Source: Minisyncoccia bacterium (GTDB lineage: Bacteria > Patescibacteriota > Minisyncoccia > Phycocordibacterales > JAKFXT01). From it: a stretch of DNA of 64,000 bases. The notes beneath the pieces were generated by a model. That model did not search any database. It saw nothing but the letters and a program-made list of their open reading frames with translations, and was not told where the DNA came from. The stretch lies in assembly GCA_041485465.1 (NCBI GenBank), contig JBGPJO010000003.1, positions 3,705 to 67,704 on the forward strand. The letters are read 5' to 3'. The stretch's first letter is position 1, and every line of letters starts with the position of its first letter. Positions 29,544 through 39,085 of this stretch are shown piece after piece. A program made the position numbers and the translations under genes.

Positions 29544-29978
29544 ATGCAAAACTTTATCCATATTTCTAAAAACCTTCTCAATGAAACGCTGAAGACCCCT
29601 GCTACCGATGGTTTGCGGCTGCTTGATCCATTAAAATCTATCGCTCTTCAATCCGGGATGCCAATGAAAATTCTTGAGGAGGTGAATGCTTACGGCGATT
29701 TCGAAAAACATCTTCACGAGGAGGATCTATGGCTGTGTCTTCAAGGTAACCTGATCTTCACTCTTTCTGGAAAACTTGAAAACGAGCGGCAGCGTACGGG
29801 CGCGGATGGGAAAAATCTTGTACCGAATGAATTTACGGGTGATAGGATTATCGATGGGGAAGAGGTAGAACTTGAGCCGGGTGATTGGCTTTGGATTCCT
29901 AGGGGGGTACCGCATCATCATCGCTCATCCAGGGTAACCCGTCTCGCGATCATTAAAATTCCAAATAAGAACTCTTGA
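29544..29978 (+). CDS. cupin-domain protein
   Basis: EKHLHEEDLW..LQG and PGDWLWIPRGVPHHH cupin motifs. Confidence 0.8.
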   Translation: MQNFIHISKNLLNETLKTPATDGLRLLDPLKSIALQSGMPMKILEEVNAYGDFEKHLHEEDLWLCLQGNLIFTLSGKLENERQRTGADGKNLVPNEFTGDRIIDGEEVELEPGDWLWIPRGVPHHHRSSRVTRLAIIKIPNKNS

Positions 29979-30031
29979 ACCGGGTAGTTTTGTTTGAAAT
30001 TATCAATTGATACTAGCTAGAAACGAGGCTA

Positions 30032-30060
30032 TTGACTTACATTAAATAATTTGTTATAGT
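30032..30060 (+). promoter_or_regulatory. sigma70-like promoter
   Basis: TTGACT-N17-TATAGT with TG extension; SD AAGGAGG at 30117-30123. Confidence 0.75.
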
Positions 30061-30128
30061 TTTGAAAGTAAGTCATTCCTTTCAGAATGGCTTTGTCCTT
30101 TTAATTAAACGGTGCGAAGGAGGTTGCC

Positions 30129-31046
30129 ATGCACCCAGCGCTCTTGTTGAGCGTACCCGTCGCTCTCGGGCTTCGGGTTCTGGTCGGAAACATTTTGTTC
30201 CCGTTTTTCCTCAAGAAGGTAGTCATGAGGGATCGGCGAATCGACCAGTTCTTCATGCAATACTGTTTCGCCCTCGGTCTCGCGATCACACTCACGTTTT
30301 TTTGGGGGGGCATTCAGTTCGACTCAACCTTTCTGCCACTTGTCGCGCTCGGTTTCATTACTGCTGGCGGCAATTACTTCGCGTGGGGGGCGGTGGCGAT
30401 ATCGCAGTCCCGAACATCTGTTTTTACGTTCTGGGACGATCTCATCGCCGTGAGTCTGGCCTACTTCATCCTTCACGAAGGACGTTTCATTTCACCTACG
30501 ATCGCCGTCGGCATCGGCCTGAGCTTCCTCTCCATCATTCTATTCGCGAGGCATGGGTGGATCCATTGCCTACGAAAGAAGGAGCAGGGCCAGACAGTAT
30601 CCTTCAAATTCTACGTCTACGTTTTGGTCTACAGCGTGCTGTGGGGTTTCTCTCAGTTTGGCCAGAGATTCTGGTCGTTCCATGAGATGCCAACACAAAC
30701 CTTCCTGCTCGGGTTCTACACGGGCACGTTCGTGATGGCAGCTCTCATCCGCGCTTTCTACAATGATCGGATGGAGGGAACACCGCAGAAGTCTCTCATC
30801 TTTCGGGACTTCGCCTACAGCTTTACGCTTGCCGTCCTCATCTTCGTATCCATGGGGCTCGCGTTCGCGGCTTACCGGGCGCCACAGGTGATTGTCCAGC
30901 CGGTGCTCCTCGTTGCCGAGATGGTCTTCCCAACGCTTATTGGCCTCTTCATTTTCCATGAGCGCAAGCAGCTTGATCCTCCCGAGTGGATCTACTTAGG
31001 CATAGGGTTTGCCGGGGCCCTGCTTGTTGGTCGGAGTCTCATCTAA
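30129..31046 (+). CDS. DMT/EamA-like 10-TM transporter, copy 1
   Basis: About 10 hydrophobic helices in two repeats ending YFILHE and LFIFHER. Confidence 0.75.
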   Translation: MHPALLLSVPVALGLRVLVGNILFPFFLKKVVMRDRRIDQFFMQYCFALGLAITLTFFWGGIQFDSTFLPLVALGFITAGGNYFAWGAVAISQSRTSVFTFWDDLIAVSLAYFILHEGRFISPTIAVGIGLSFLSIILFARHGWIHCLRKKEQGQTVSFKFYVYVLVYSVLWGFSQFGQRFWSFHEMPTQTFLLGFYTGTFVMAALIRAFYNDRMEGTPQKSLIFRDFAYSFTLAVLIFVSMGLAFAAYRAPQVIVQPVLLVAEMVFPTLIGLFIFHERKQLDPPEWIYLGIGFAGALLVGRSLI

Positions 31047-31060
31047 TCGTACTTACTTAT

Positions 31061-31099
31061 ATTGGCCGGGTCGCTCCTAGAGCAGCCCGGCCAATTTTC
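31061..31099 (+). terminator. Rho-independent terminator
   Basis: ATTGGCCGGG...CCCGGCCAAT stem + T tract. Confidence 0.8.
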
Positions 31100-31174
31100 T
31101 TTTATGCAAGAGCTGCATGTTATAGTGGGTCATTAAGGTTTTAAAATTTGACGGGCTCACCTAAGGTTCCACGT

Positions 31175-32353
31175 ATGCGCACTGAAAACGAAACCGTTCT
31201 TCTCGTATACGAGAAGAAGAAGCCGGGACTCCGCATTCTTATGGAGGCGGCAGAACCGGCCTCAATCGGAACAATCGATGCCCTTATGAGGGCACTCCAA
31301 GAAGACCCGCGTTGCGGGGAGATATGTATTCTTGCTAACAATATCGCTCGTGACGTCTTTGAAAGTGAGATCCGAAGTGGAGTTCTCAAGCTACGAAAAA
31401 TCAACGGGGAGGGAGGAATAATCGAAAATATCCCGGGACCGTTCGATGTTGGTGTGGCCATAGTTGGTCCCCAAAACAGTCCAGCACAACTTCTTCTCTA
31501 CTCCGCAAAAAGTGTCTTTGGTTGCCGCAAGCTTTTCTTTATTTCAGGTGGGTTACCAGGGACAGTAATCGAGATCCTCAATTCCCAAAACTCTAAAAAC
31601 ATGGATCCGGTTGATGCACTTCTTGTCGAAGATGAGTTTGTGGCACATCTTTACCGGATACGCTTACCGCAAATCAATCCTAATCGGATTATTCCGACAG
31701 GAACAGCTCTCACCGATGAAATTCGGGATGAAGAGGGGGTATTGTTACGAGAGAGCGGCAGAGTGAAGCTTGGTATCGAACAAAGTTCGAAGACGCTTTT
31801 CTATTCTTCATTCCCCGGTTCCGATTACGAGCGGTTTGGCGGCAGTGTGGACATCGCACTCCACACGCTTGCGAAAACTCTCGCTGGAGCAAAGCAGGCG
31901 GCGGAGGATAATAAAGAGAGTAGGTTCGTCGTCATCGTTCGATTGCACCCAAGGACTTCCGCAGAAGAAAATCGACGACAGCTCTCTTTGTGCGAAGGAG
32001 TATGGGGAGAGAATCTCCGGGTTATCGGGGATACAACGGCCGCCTCGTACAAAGAATGCCTTTATGCTACCGATATTATCGGATGTATGCCGACCAGCAC
32101 CTTGGCCTCCCTGTCTCACTATCGCGGACAAAAAGCATTACTTTTCGCTTACAGTGGGAAGGGTCAAAGTGAAGCAATGTTTGAGAGGCTTTCTCCGGGA
32201 GAAGAACGAAAAGTAATCGCTCAAATTCCTGGTGTTGTTGTCGTTCACAGTCAGGATGAAATTGCGCGTGAATTTGGGAAGGCGGATCGGATTAGACCGA
32301 GCACTTTGCCAAAAGGTAACTCAACGGTAAACATTCTCGCACAGATTTTCTGA
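31175..32353 (+). CDS. GT-B-fold-like hypothetical protein, distant paralog of 28510-29535
   Basis: EPAS/DPGG, IPTG/VTG, VRLHPR/IRLHPK, ST, GNST motifs in the same order; start uncertain. Confidence 0.55.
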   Translation: MRTENETVLLVYEKKKPGLRILMEAAEPASIGTIDALMRALQEDPRCGEICILANNIARDVFESEIRSGVLKLRKINGEGGIIENIPGPFDVGVAIVGPQNSPAQLLLYSAKSVFGCRKLFFISGGLPGTVIEILNSQNSKNMDPVDALLVEDEFVAHLYRIRLPQINPNRIIPTGTALTDEIRDEEGVLLRESGRVKLGIEQSSKTLFYSSFPGSDYERFGGSVDIALHTLAKTLAGAKQAAEDNKESRFVVIVRLHPRTSAEENRRQLSLCEGVWGENLRVIGDTTAASYKECLYATDIIGCMPTSTLASLSHYRGQKALLFAYSGKGQSEAMFERLSPGEERKVIAQIPGVVVVHSQDEIAREFGKADRIRPSTLPKGNSTVNILAQIF

Positions 32354-32356
32354 AGT

Positions 32357-32388
32357 TTGGCCGACGCGTATGCGTCGACCGATTTTTT
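32357..32388 (+). terminator. terminator-like hairpin
   Basis: GGCCGACGC-gtat-GCGTCGACC (one mismatch) + TTTTTT. Confidence 0.6.
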
Positions 32389-33321
32389 ATGGAATACAAT
32401 TTTTTTAATCTCATACAAATAAGCGCGCCTTTGGCAACAGGCCTTCGGGTTCTCACCGCCTTCATTCTGGCTCAGTACTTAGTGAAGATGGTGGCGGGGA
32501 AGGATAGAAGGACCGAGCGGTTTCTATGGCAATATCTTTTTACCCTACTAATCGCTGGCACTCTCGCATTATTCACAGGCGCGGTAGTTTTTGGCCGTGA
32601 GTTTTTTGTGATTGTTATTATTGGTTTTGTTAGCGCGGGCGGAACACTTCTCTCTTGGAAGGCAATAGCAATCTCCCAATCGCGCACAGCTCTTTTCACA
32701 TTTTGGGATGACATCATTGCGATGGGGCTCTCATACTTTATTCTTCACGAAGGACGATTCATCACTTTGCCGGTCGGTATAGGAATTGCACTCAGTTTTC
32801 TCTCTCTCGCTCTGTTTGTTCGTTATGAATGGGTTCATAGAGTGCAAAAGAAAGAAGGAGGATACGCAATACCGCTCAAATTCTATGTCTATGTTCTTGT
32901 CTACAGTATTTTGTACGGTATCGCGATGTTCGGTCAAAGATTTTGGTCATTTCAGCATTTGCCGATACTGACGTTCGCGCTTGCCTGGTACATTGGTGCG
33001 TGTGCCGCCGCAGTTCTTATCCGTCTTTTCTATAAAGATAAGGGGGGGGATCAGCAGACCAAAAAATCGTTCACTGTTCTCGATGTTTTACTGCACTTTA
33101 TGCTCGCCCTGTCGACCTATGCTTCTCTTGTCCTCGCGAGCGTGGCATACCTTGCCCCACAAGTTATCGTCCAGCCGATCTTTCTCGTGGGGGAGATGAT
33201 TATCCCCGCACTCATGGGACTTTTCATTTTCCATGAGCGTAAGCACTTCGACCTCACAGAATGGTTCTACTTCGCTATCGGGTTTACGGGAGCTCTGCTC
33301 GTCGCTAGCGGCTTTTACTAA
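32389..33321 (+). CDS. DMT/EamA-like 10-TM transporter, copy 2
   Basis: Clear paralog of 30129-31046 (AISQSRT, FTFWDD, YFILHEGRFI, KFYVYVLVYS, FGQRFWSF, APQVIVQP shared). Confidence 0.78.
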   Translation: MEYNFFNLIQISAPLATGLRVLTAFILAQYLVKMVAGKDRRTERFLWQYLFTLLIAGTLALFTGAVVFGREFFVIVIIGFVSAGGTLLSWKAIAISQSRTALFTFWDDIIAMGLSYFILHEGRFITLPVGIGIALSFLSLALFVRYEWVHRVQKKEGGYAIPLKFYVYVLVYSILYGIAMFGQRFWSFQHLPILTFALAWYIGACAAAVLIRLFYKDKGGDQQTKKSFTVLDVLLHFMLALSTYASLVLASVAYLAPQVIVQPIFLVGEMIIPALMGLFIFHERKHFDLTEWFYFAIGFTGALLVASGFY

Positions 33322-33462
33322 CTGGAAAGGTCTCTCGCTCTGGGGCATGTTTTTTCTTTGACATACCCTCCGTGGTATGGTCTTAGCGACCTTGAGACCC
33401 ATGATAATTAAGATTCCGAAAAAGGACTAAAAATTTAACGGGAGTGAGATCCTTCCAGTATT

Positions 33463-33495
33463 AAAAAAAGACCCCAGCGCTCACGCCGGGGTCTT
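33463..33495 (-). terminator. Rho-independent terminator of minus-strand gene
   Basis: AAGACCCC...GGGGTCTT stem with A7 run on its left. Confidence 0.75.
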
Positions 33496-33519
33496 GTGTC
33501 TTCTTTGGGGTGATGACTG

Positions 33520-34362
33520 TTAAGAGATTAGACTTGACGGCACGTGGAGCAACGCCCCCGGGATGCCGTTAAAGGGTCCGGGATGCCCTCCGCCGTAACG
33601 CACGACGAGCGCGCCATCCATGCCGTCATTGAGGAGGACGATACCGTTGCCGGCAATATCCGGCACGCGCAAGGCGTTGTTGATGAAGATTCCCTTTTGC
33701 TTTGCTCGGAAGTCTCCAATCGTGAATATCGCCCTGTCACGCTTCCGTATGGCGATTCCGTAACGGTACGAAGCAAGTCGGTCGCTCCCAAGGAGACGAT
33801 GACCATCCTTGTATTCGTAGAGTCTCCAGTCCTTAAGGTCGCCGCCGGACTCGATGGTGAGGAGCCTTCCGTCGTCGCAAAGTGCGGCCGAATGCATCAT
33901 ATAATTCTTGTCGTCCTTTGGGAAACAAGTCTCACCCTTGTGGCACCACTTCCCGTCTCGGTAGACGACGCGGAAGATTTTCCTCTCCCCGTTGCGGATC
34001 AAGCCGAGCTCGCTTCCCGAGTAGATCACGGCCGTCTGTATCCGATTCACCCCGCTTGAGGGGTTGATGTCCGGAAACATCCGCACCGATTCCTTGCCGG
34101 CGATGGTGCCGCGAATCCAGCGGATTTTTCTCAGATTGAGTGTGCCCCCGTCGACAGAGGCTTCGGCCAAAAGAACGGCTGGTCCGAAGTAGTCGGCGAT
34201 CGCGATCAGTGAGCCGAAAGACTGGATTCCCGACGGCTGGAACCCAAGCTCTTGACTCGCTATCGCTATTCTCCCGATAGGGAGAGAAAAGGACTGCTCC
34301 TGCCCCTTGTAGCTTAGGGCCGCCGCTTTGGCGTATTGCTTCTGCTCACTCGTGGCCACCAT
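33520..34362 (-). CDS. hypothetical beta-rich (possible beta-propeller) protein, 280 aa
   Basis: Long GC-richer ORF; SD AGAGAGG before ATG 34362; consensus promoter upstream and terminator downstream. Confidence 0.7.
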   Translation of the reverse strand: MVATSEQKQYAKAAALSYKGQEQSFSLPIGRIAIASQELGFQPSGIQSFGSLIAIADYFGPAVLLAEASVDGGTLNLRKIRWIRGTIAGKESVRMFPDINPSSGVNRIQTAVIYSGSELGLIRNGERKIFRVVYRDGKWCHKGETCFPKDDKNYMMHSAALCDDGRLLTIESGGDLKDWRLYEYKDGHRLLGSDRLASYRYGIAIRKRDRAIFTIGDFRAKQKGIFINNALRVPDIAGNGIVLLNDGMDGALVVRYGGGHPGPFNGIPGALLHVPSSLIS

Positions 34363-34407
34363 TTCTGCATCCTCTCTAGTTAAAGTGCAGGGGTACAATT
34401 CGAACAA

Positions 34408-34436
34408 ATTATAATTCTTTATTATTATATTGTCAA
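34408..34436 (-). promoter_or_regulatory. perfect consensus sigma70 promoter
   Basis: Minus strand reads TTGACA-N17-TATAAT. Confidence 0.85.
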
Positions 34437-34464
34437 TATGCTCCAAACTTGTTATAGTCGAGCC

Positions 34465-35610
34465 ATGATCCCGTATTCAACGCAGTCAATAGATGAAAAA
34501 GATATTGCGGCCGTCGTAAAAAGCATAAAATCAGGTTGGCTTACCCAGGGCCCGGCCATAGGGCAGTTTGAAAAAGCACTTGCAAAAAAAGTCGGAGCAA
34601 AATTTGGGGTCGCTTTTTCTTCAGGCACGGCGGCTCTCCACGCCGCCTATTTTGCCGCGGGCGTCACAAAAGGAGATGAGGTGATTGTGCCCGCGCTCAC
34701 CTTTGCCGCAACCGCTAATGCCGCTTTGTTTTTAGGAGCTAAGCCGGTATTTGCCGATGTTTCAATCGAATATGGCACGATTGATGTCGGTGATGTGAAG
34801 AAAAAAATAACTCGCCGTACCAAAGCAATTGTCCCCGTTGATTACGGCGGTCGGCCGGGAGATTTACGGGAGCTTAGAGTACTTGCAAGACGGCATAAGA
34901 TTGTACTTATTGAAGATGCGGCTCACAGTCTCGGCGGGTTTTACCGCGGAGAGCCTGTCGGATCGCTTGCGGACATGACTATGTTTAGCTTTCATCCGGT
35001 TAAATCAATTACTACGGGCGAGGGTGGAGCGATAGTGACAAATAGTTCTGAGTATTACCGACGCCTGCTTTTATTTCGTAGCCACGGTATCACCAAAGAT
35101 CCGAATGCACTCGTACGGAAAAACCATGGTCTATGGTATCAGGAGATGCAGGAACTCGGCTTTAATTATCGACTAACCGATATGCAGGCAGCGCTCGGCA
35201 TAAGCCAGTTGAAACGCCTTAGTACATTCGTGAAAAAGCGACGGATGGTGGCGAAGCGCTACGAAAAACTTCTTGCAAATATTCAGGGGCTTATAGTGCC
35301 GCCGAAAGAGCGTGCCCATGAGCACTCTGCCTGGCATCTCTACCCGGTGCGCCTTCGACCGAACATAGCCTCAAGGCGCGATGAAGTGTTTGAGGCTCTG
35401 AGGGCTCAAGGTATTGGTGTCCAAGTACATTACATTCCCGTCTACAGACATCTTTTTTACGAGAAGCTCGGATATAAGAAAGGTTCATGTCCGAACGCCG
35501 AGGCGTTTGCCGCCTCCGAGATATCAATTCCTCTTTTTCCCGCTATTACGAAAAAACAACAAATATATATAGCGCGGGCGCTTAGAGCCGTAATTACCCG
35601 CAGAGCGTAA
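34465..35610 (+). CDS. pseC: UDP-4-amino-4,6-dideoxy-N-acetyl-beta-L-altrosamine transaminase
   Basis: MIPYSTQSIDEKDI, LTQGP, FSFHPVKSITTGEGG, RSHGITK, ELGFNYRLTD, GIGVQVHYIPVY. Confidence 0.92.
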   Translation: MIPYSTQSIDEKDIAAVVKSIKSGWLTQGPAIGQFEKALAKKVGAKFGVAFSSGTAALHAAYFAAGVTKGDEVIVPALTFAATANAALFLGAKPVFADVSIEYGTIDVGDVKKKITRRTKAIVPVDYGGRPGDLRELRVLARRHKIVLIEDAAHSLGGFYRGEPVGSLADMTMFSFHPVKSITTGEGGAIVTNSSEYYRRLLLFRSHGITKDPNALVRKNHGLWYQEMQELGFNYRLTDMQAALGISQLKRLSTFVKKRRMVAKRYEKLLANIQGLIVPPKERAHEHSAWHLYPVRLRPNIASRRDEVFEALRAQGIGVQVHYIPVYRHLFYEKLGYKKGSCPNAEAFAASEISIPLFPAITKKQQIYIARALRAVITRRA

Positions 35611-35655
35611 TTTTTGCTGGTATACTCCGTATTAATTTTAAAAAAGGTGAATCTT

Positions 35656-36309
35656 ATGTCTTCCAAAAAAGAAACAGAACAGCTGTCGGCCTGGGCAGGT
35701 GAATGGGGGAATGACTACACTGATCGCAACCCGCAATCACTTGCTCAGGTTGAAGAGGACTTTTTACGAGAGCATGGGCTAACGCGCACAGCCGCAAATG
35801 AAGAATTCTTAGGAGAATTACCTCAAGACATTTCTATTCTTGAAGTGGGCGCTAATGTTGGCTATCAACTTGAGTTTTTGCGAAGAGCGGGGTTTTCAAA
35901 CAGTGCGGGTATTGAGCCAAACAGTCACGCCATAAAGCGATCACTCGAAATTAACCCTAAGGTGCGTATCGAGAAAGGGTCAGGCTTTGAGCTTCCGTTT
36001 GAAGATGGACAGTTTGACCTTGTCTATACGTCTGGGGTTTTGATACATATTTCTCCTAAAGATATTAAAAAAATTATTTCAGAAATTTATCGCGTCTCGA
36101 AGCGCTACATCTGGGGTTTTGAATACTACGCTCCCGAGGGTTACCCGGAGATTCCGTATCATGGTAAGAAAAATTTGCTCTGGAAAACGGATTTTGCCGC
36201 ACTCTACCTTAAAGAATTTTCTGATCTTAAACTGGTTAAAGACAAAAAACTGCCCATTCTCGGCACAGCAGATATCGACCACATGTTTTTGCTTAAGAAA
36301 GGGGTGTAG
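35656..36309 (+). CDS. pseudaminic acid biosynthesis-associated methylase
   Basis: TEQ..AWAGEWGNDYTDRN, LEVGANVG, TSGVLIHI, EYY, YHG..NLLWKTDFA. Confidence 0.88.
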   Translation: MSSKKETEQLSAWAGEWGNDYTDRNPQSLAQVEEDFLREHGLTRTAANEEFLGELPQDISILEVGANVGYQLEFLRRAGFSNSAGIEPNSHAIKRSLEINPKVRIEKGSGFELPFEDGQFDLVYTSGVLIHISPKDIKKIISEIYRVSKRYIWGFEYYAPEGYPEIPYHGKKNLLWKTDFAALYLKEFSDLKLVKDKKLPILGTADIDHMFLLKKGV

Positions 36310-36399
36310 TAGCATATATTGACATAATCTAATAATTAATATCATATTTGAGACACTTTCCTTTTTGCTTTGGTCCCCAAGAGGCGAGCTAAATTACAC

Positions 36400-37389
36400 A
36401 TGAAGACCAAAAGATTTACCGTTGCGGTTATCGGGTGCGGCAAGATTGGTGCCGAGGTTGCATCCTATAGTAAGCGAGTGTCGCCGGGCACTCACGCTGA
36501 AGCATGGAGGGATAACAAAAATGCCGAACTTGTCGCCCTTGTTGATCGAGACCCGAAACATCTACGGGCGGCCAGTCGGCATTTTCCTAATGTTCCGGTT
36601 TTTACCGATGCATCCAAAATGTTTAAAACCATCAAACCAGATATTGTTTCTGTTGCGACGCCCACAGAATCTCATGCGCATTATGTTGCTTTAGCGAGCA
36701 CGTTCGGCACGAAAGCAATTCTCTGTGAAAAGCCGATCGCTTCAAATATACAAGAGGCAAAAAAAATGATTGCGACTGCTCACAAGGCCGGTTCAGCGCT
36801 CTTTATAAATTACCAGCGAGAATTTGATCCACTATTAATTTCTTGGGCGGAGAAAATCAAGAGGGGTATTTTGGGGAAGATTTTTCAGGTTGACGCGTAT
36901 TATTATGATGGGCTCTACGCTACGCATCTTTTTGACTTGATCCGTATGTTTTTTGGTAAGCCCTCTTCAGTTACGGCCCATGTAAACAAAGAAACCTCGT
37001 GGAATCCTAAGAATCCAAATATTGACGGATCTCTGATTTATAAAAATGGTCTTTCGGTTTCGGTTCGCTCTTTGTCTCGCGGATACGGATATTTTGGACT
37101 TCGGATTTTTGGTGAAAAAGGCATGGTTCACGTAACAAATCTTGGCTGCACTATCGAATATTTTAAGAAAATTCCAAATAAAAATTACAAAGGTTATTTT
37201 CAACTTTCCGAAAAGCCTTTTGAGGAAGGGAAAACGCGCGGCATGCTTGCGGGCTCCGTAGCACACGTTGTTTCCTCGCTTCAGGGTAGCGGGCGTACGC
37301 GAAGCACCGGCGAGGATGGTCTTGTGGTCCTTAAAATTCAGACGGCGCTTTTAAAGAGCGCCAAGAGCGGTAAGAAAGAGACCTTGTAA
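36400..37389 (+). CDS. Gfo/Idh/MocA oxidoreductase
   Basis: VIGCGKIG, VATPTESH, LCEKPIA, NYQR, HLFDL. Confidence 0.9.
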   Translation: MKTKRFTVAVIGCGKIGAEVASYSKRVSPGTHAEAWRDNKNAELVALVDRDPKHLRAASRHFPNVPVFTDASKMFKTIKPDIVSVATPTESHAHYVALASTFGTKAILCEKPIASNIQEAKKMIATAHKAGSALFINYQREFDPLLISWAEKIKRGILGKIFQVDAYYYDGLYATHLFDLIRMFFGKPSSVTAHVNKETSWNPKNPNIDGSLIYKNGLSVSVRSLSRGYGYFGLRIFGEKGMVHVTNLGCTIEYFKKIPNKNYKGYFQLSEKPFEEGKTRGMLAGSVAHVVSSLQGSGRTRSTGEDGLVVLKIQTALLKSAKSGKKETL

Positions 37390-37393
37390 CACT

Positions 37394-38002
37394 ATGGGTA
37401 AAGTTATTGTTGTACTTGGAGGAGGGCTAGCTCAAGACAAAACCGGAAAGTGGCACACGTTAGGTCCTGAAGATGCGGGCGACAAGTTTGGGGTATCATT
37501 TGATCGTTGGCGCGTTATTGCTGGTGCTCATCTATGGAAAGGAGATAAAACGCAGACAGTCGTCGCTTCCGGTGGGAGGGGCCAATACGCAGACTCAAAA
37601 GATGTTCATACCCCTTCAAGTGTCTTGCGTCGTGAACTTATAGATCTTGGTGTCGCTCCGGAGAGAATAATCGAAGAAGATCAGTCAGGAAATACATTTG
37701 CCCAGCTTACGAATATAATTCCTATCGTTAAAAATTTTTCTTTGATTAATTTTGTGTCAAATGAATGGCACCTGCCACGGATCCGCGCAATGATCGACCA
37801 TGTTGAAGACCTCGCTTTTTTACGGACACCATCCGTCAATCTGATTTCCGCTGAAGAAGTTTTACTCCAATCTGATGTAAAACAGTGGGAGTATATAATT
37901 GAAAGAGCAAGAAACAGCCATGGAATACAAAAGCGAATTGAGCTCGAAGAGAAGGGTGTGAAGCAAATACGAGAAGGCACCTATCGTTTTAAGAGACAGT
38001 AA
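37394..38002 (+). CDS. YdcF/DUF218 (ElyC/SanA-like) protein
   Basis: VVLGGG, ASGGRG, EDQSGNT, VSNEWHLPR. Confidence 0.85.
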   Translation: MGKVIVVLGGGLAQDKTGKWHTLGPEDAGDKFGVSFDRWRVIAGAHLWKGDKTQTVVASGGRGQYADSKDVHTPSSVLRRELIDLGVAPERIIEEDQSGNTFAQLTNIIPIVKNFSLINFVSNEWHLPRIRAMIDHVEDLAFLRTPSVNLISAEEVLLQSDVKQWEYIIERARNSHGIQKRIELEEKGVKQIREGTYRFKRQ

Positions 38003-39081
38003 TGAAAAAAGAAAGGGAAATTAAAATAGGCAAACGAAAAGTTGGGGGCTCCAACCCGACTTTTATTGTTGCGGAAATGTCCGTCAACCATAAGCAGAGT
38101 TTTCGGAAGGCGGTAGAAATTATAAAAGCAGCCGCATCCGCTGGCGCGGATGCGGTGAAGCTCCAAACATTTACGCCAGATACGATCACTTTGCAATCAG
38201 ATAAAAAGTGGTTTCGGGTGGGCGGAGTAAAAAATCCAAAAAAATGGCAAGAAAAGACCTTCCATAATTTGTATAAAGAAGCTTTTATGCCGTGGGAGTG
38301 GCAGCCGAAGCTAAAAAAGATAGCGGAGCGTGAAGGTCTGATACTTTTTTCCACTCCCTTTGATGTTACCGCGGTTGATTTTCTCGAGAAAATGAAAGTG
38401 TCTTGTTATAAGATTGCATCCTATGAAGCCACTGACAGTATCCTTTTGAAAAAAGTCGCAAGTACCGGTAAGCCAGTTATTCTCTCCGTTGGTTTTGCCA
38501 CGCGTGAAGAAATTAATTTAGCGGTAAGCACCCTGCGGAAAGGAGGAACAAAAGATATCGTCCTTCTTTATTGTCTTACGTCGTATGCTCCGACCGCGAA
38601 CCCAGAGGGTACGAATTTGCGGACAATGCTTGATCTTAAGGATCGATTTCAAACCATTGTTGGTTTTTCAGATAACATGGGCGGGATTGTTGCTCCGGCT
38701 CTTGCGGCCGCTATGGGAGCCTCTGTCATCGAAAAGCATTTTGTGCTTAGTCACAAGGATAAGACATTGGATGACAGATTTTCACTTGATCCACGAGAGT
38801 TTAAAAAAATGGTCGATACGATCAGGACGCAAGAAAAACTCCTCGGAATGGTTAGGTATGGTCCCCAGACTCCCGAGGAGAAGTACAACCTACGCTTTCG
38901 CCGGTCGCTTTTTGTTGTTACTGACATTAAGAAAGGCGAAAAATTTACTAAAAAGAATATACGCTCAATTCGTCCCGCCGATGGACTCCCAACTAAGTTT
39001 TTTGCGAAGATTTTAGGCAAAACCGCGAAGAAAGATATTGAAGAGGGTACACCGCTTGTATGGAATTTTATTGTAAAATAA
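38002..39081 (+). CDS. pseI: pseudaminic acid synthase (NeuB family with SAF domain)
   Basis: VAEMSVNH, GADAVKLQTFTPDTIT, FSTPFD, YKIASYE, IEKHF, FRRSLF, IRSIRP. Confidence 0.9.
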   Translation: MKKEREIKIGKRKVGGSNPTFIVAEMSVNHKQSFRKAVEIIKAAASAGADAVKLQTFTPDTITLQSDKKWFRVGGVKNPKKWQEKTFHNLYKEAFMPWEWQPKLKKIAEREGLILFSTPFDVTAVDFLEKMKVSCYKIASYEATDSILLKKVASTGKPVILSVGFATREEINLAVSTLRKGGTKDIVLLYCLTSYAPTANPEGTNLRTMLDLKDRFQTIVGFSDNMGGIVAPALAAAMGASVIEKHFVLSHKDKTLDDRFSLDPREFKKMVDTIRTQEKLLGMVRYGPQTPEEKYNLRFRRSLFVVTDIKKGEKFTKKNIRSIRPADGLPTKFFAKILGKTAKKDIEEGTPLVWNFIVK

Positions 39082-39085
39082 TACT

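Noticed and set aside
30062-30959. Long alternative-frame ORFs (207 aa plus, 129 aa minus) over transporter copy 1, and similar ones at 33544-34059 and 18225-18773
   Set aside because: Shadow ORFs expected in GC-richer coding DNA; the main frame has the SD, paralog support or family motifs.
33431-33450. AATTTAACGGGAGTGA resembling the right end of the GIY-YIG cassette
   Set aside because: Only an 8-nt exact core (TAACGGGA), with no matching left end or target duplication nearby; may be chance.
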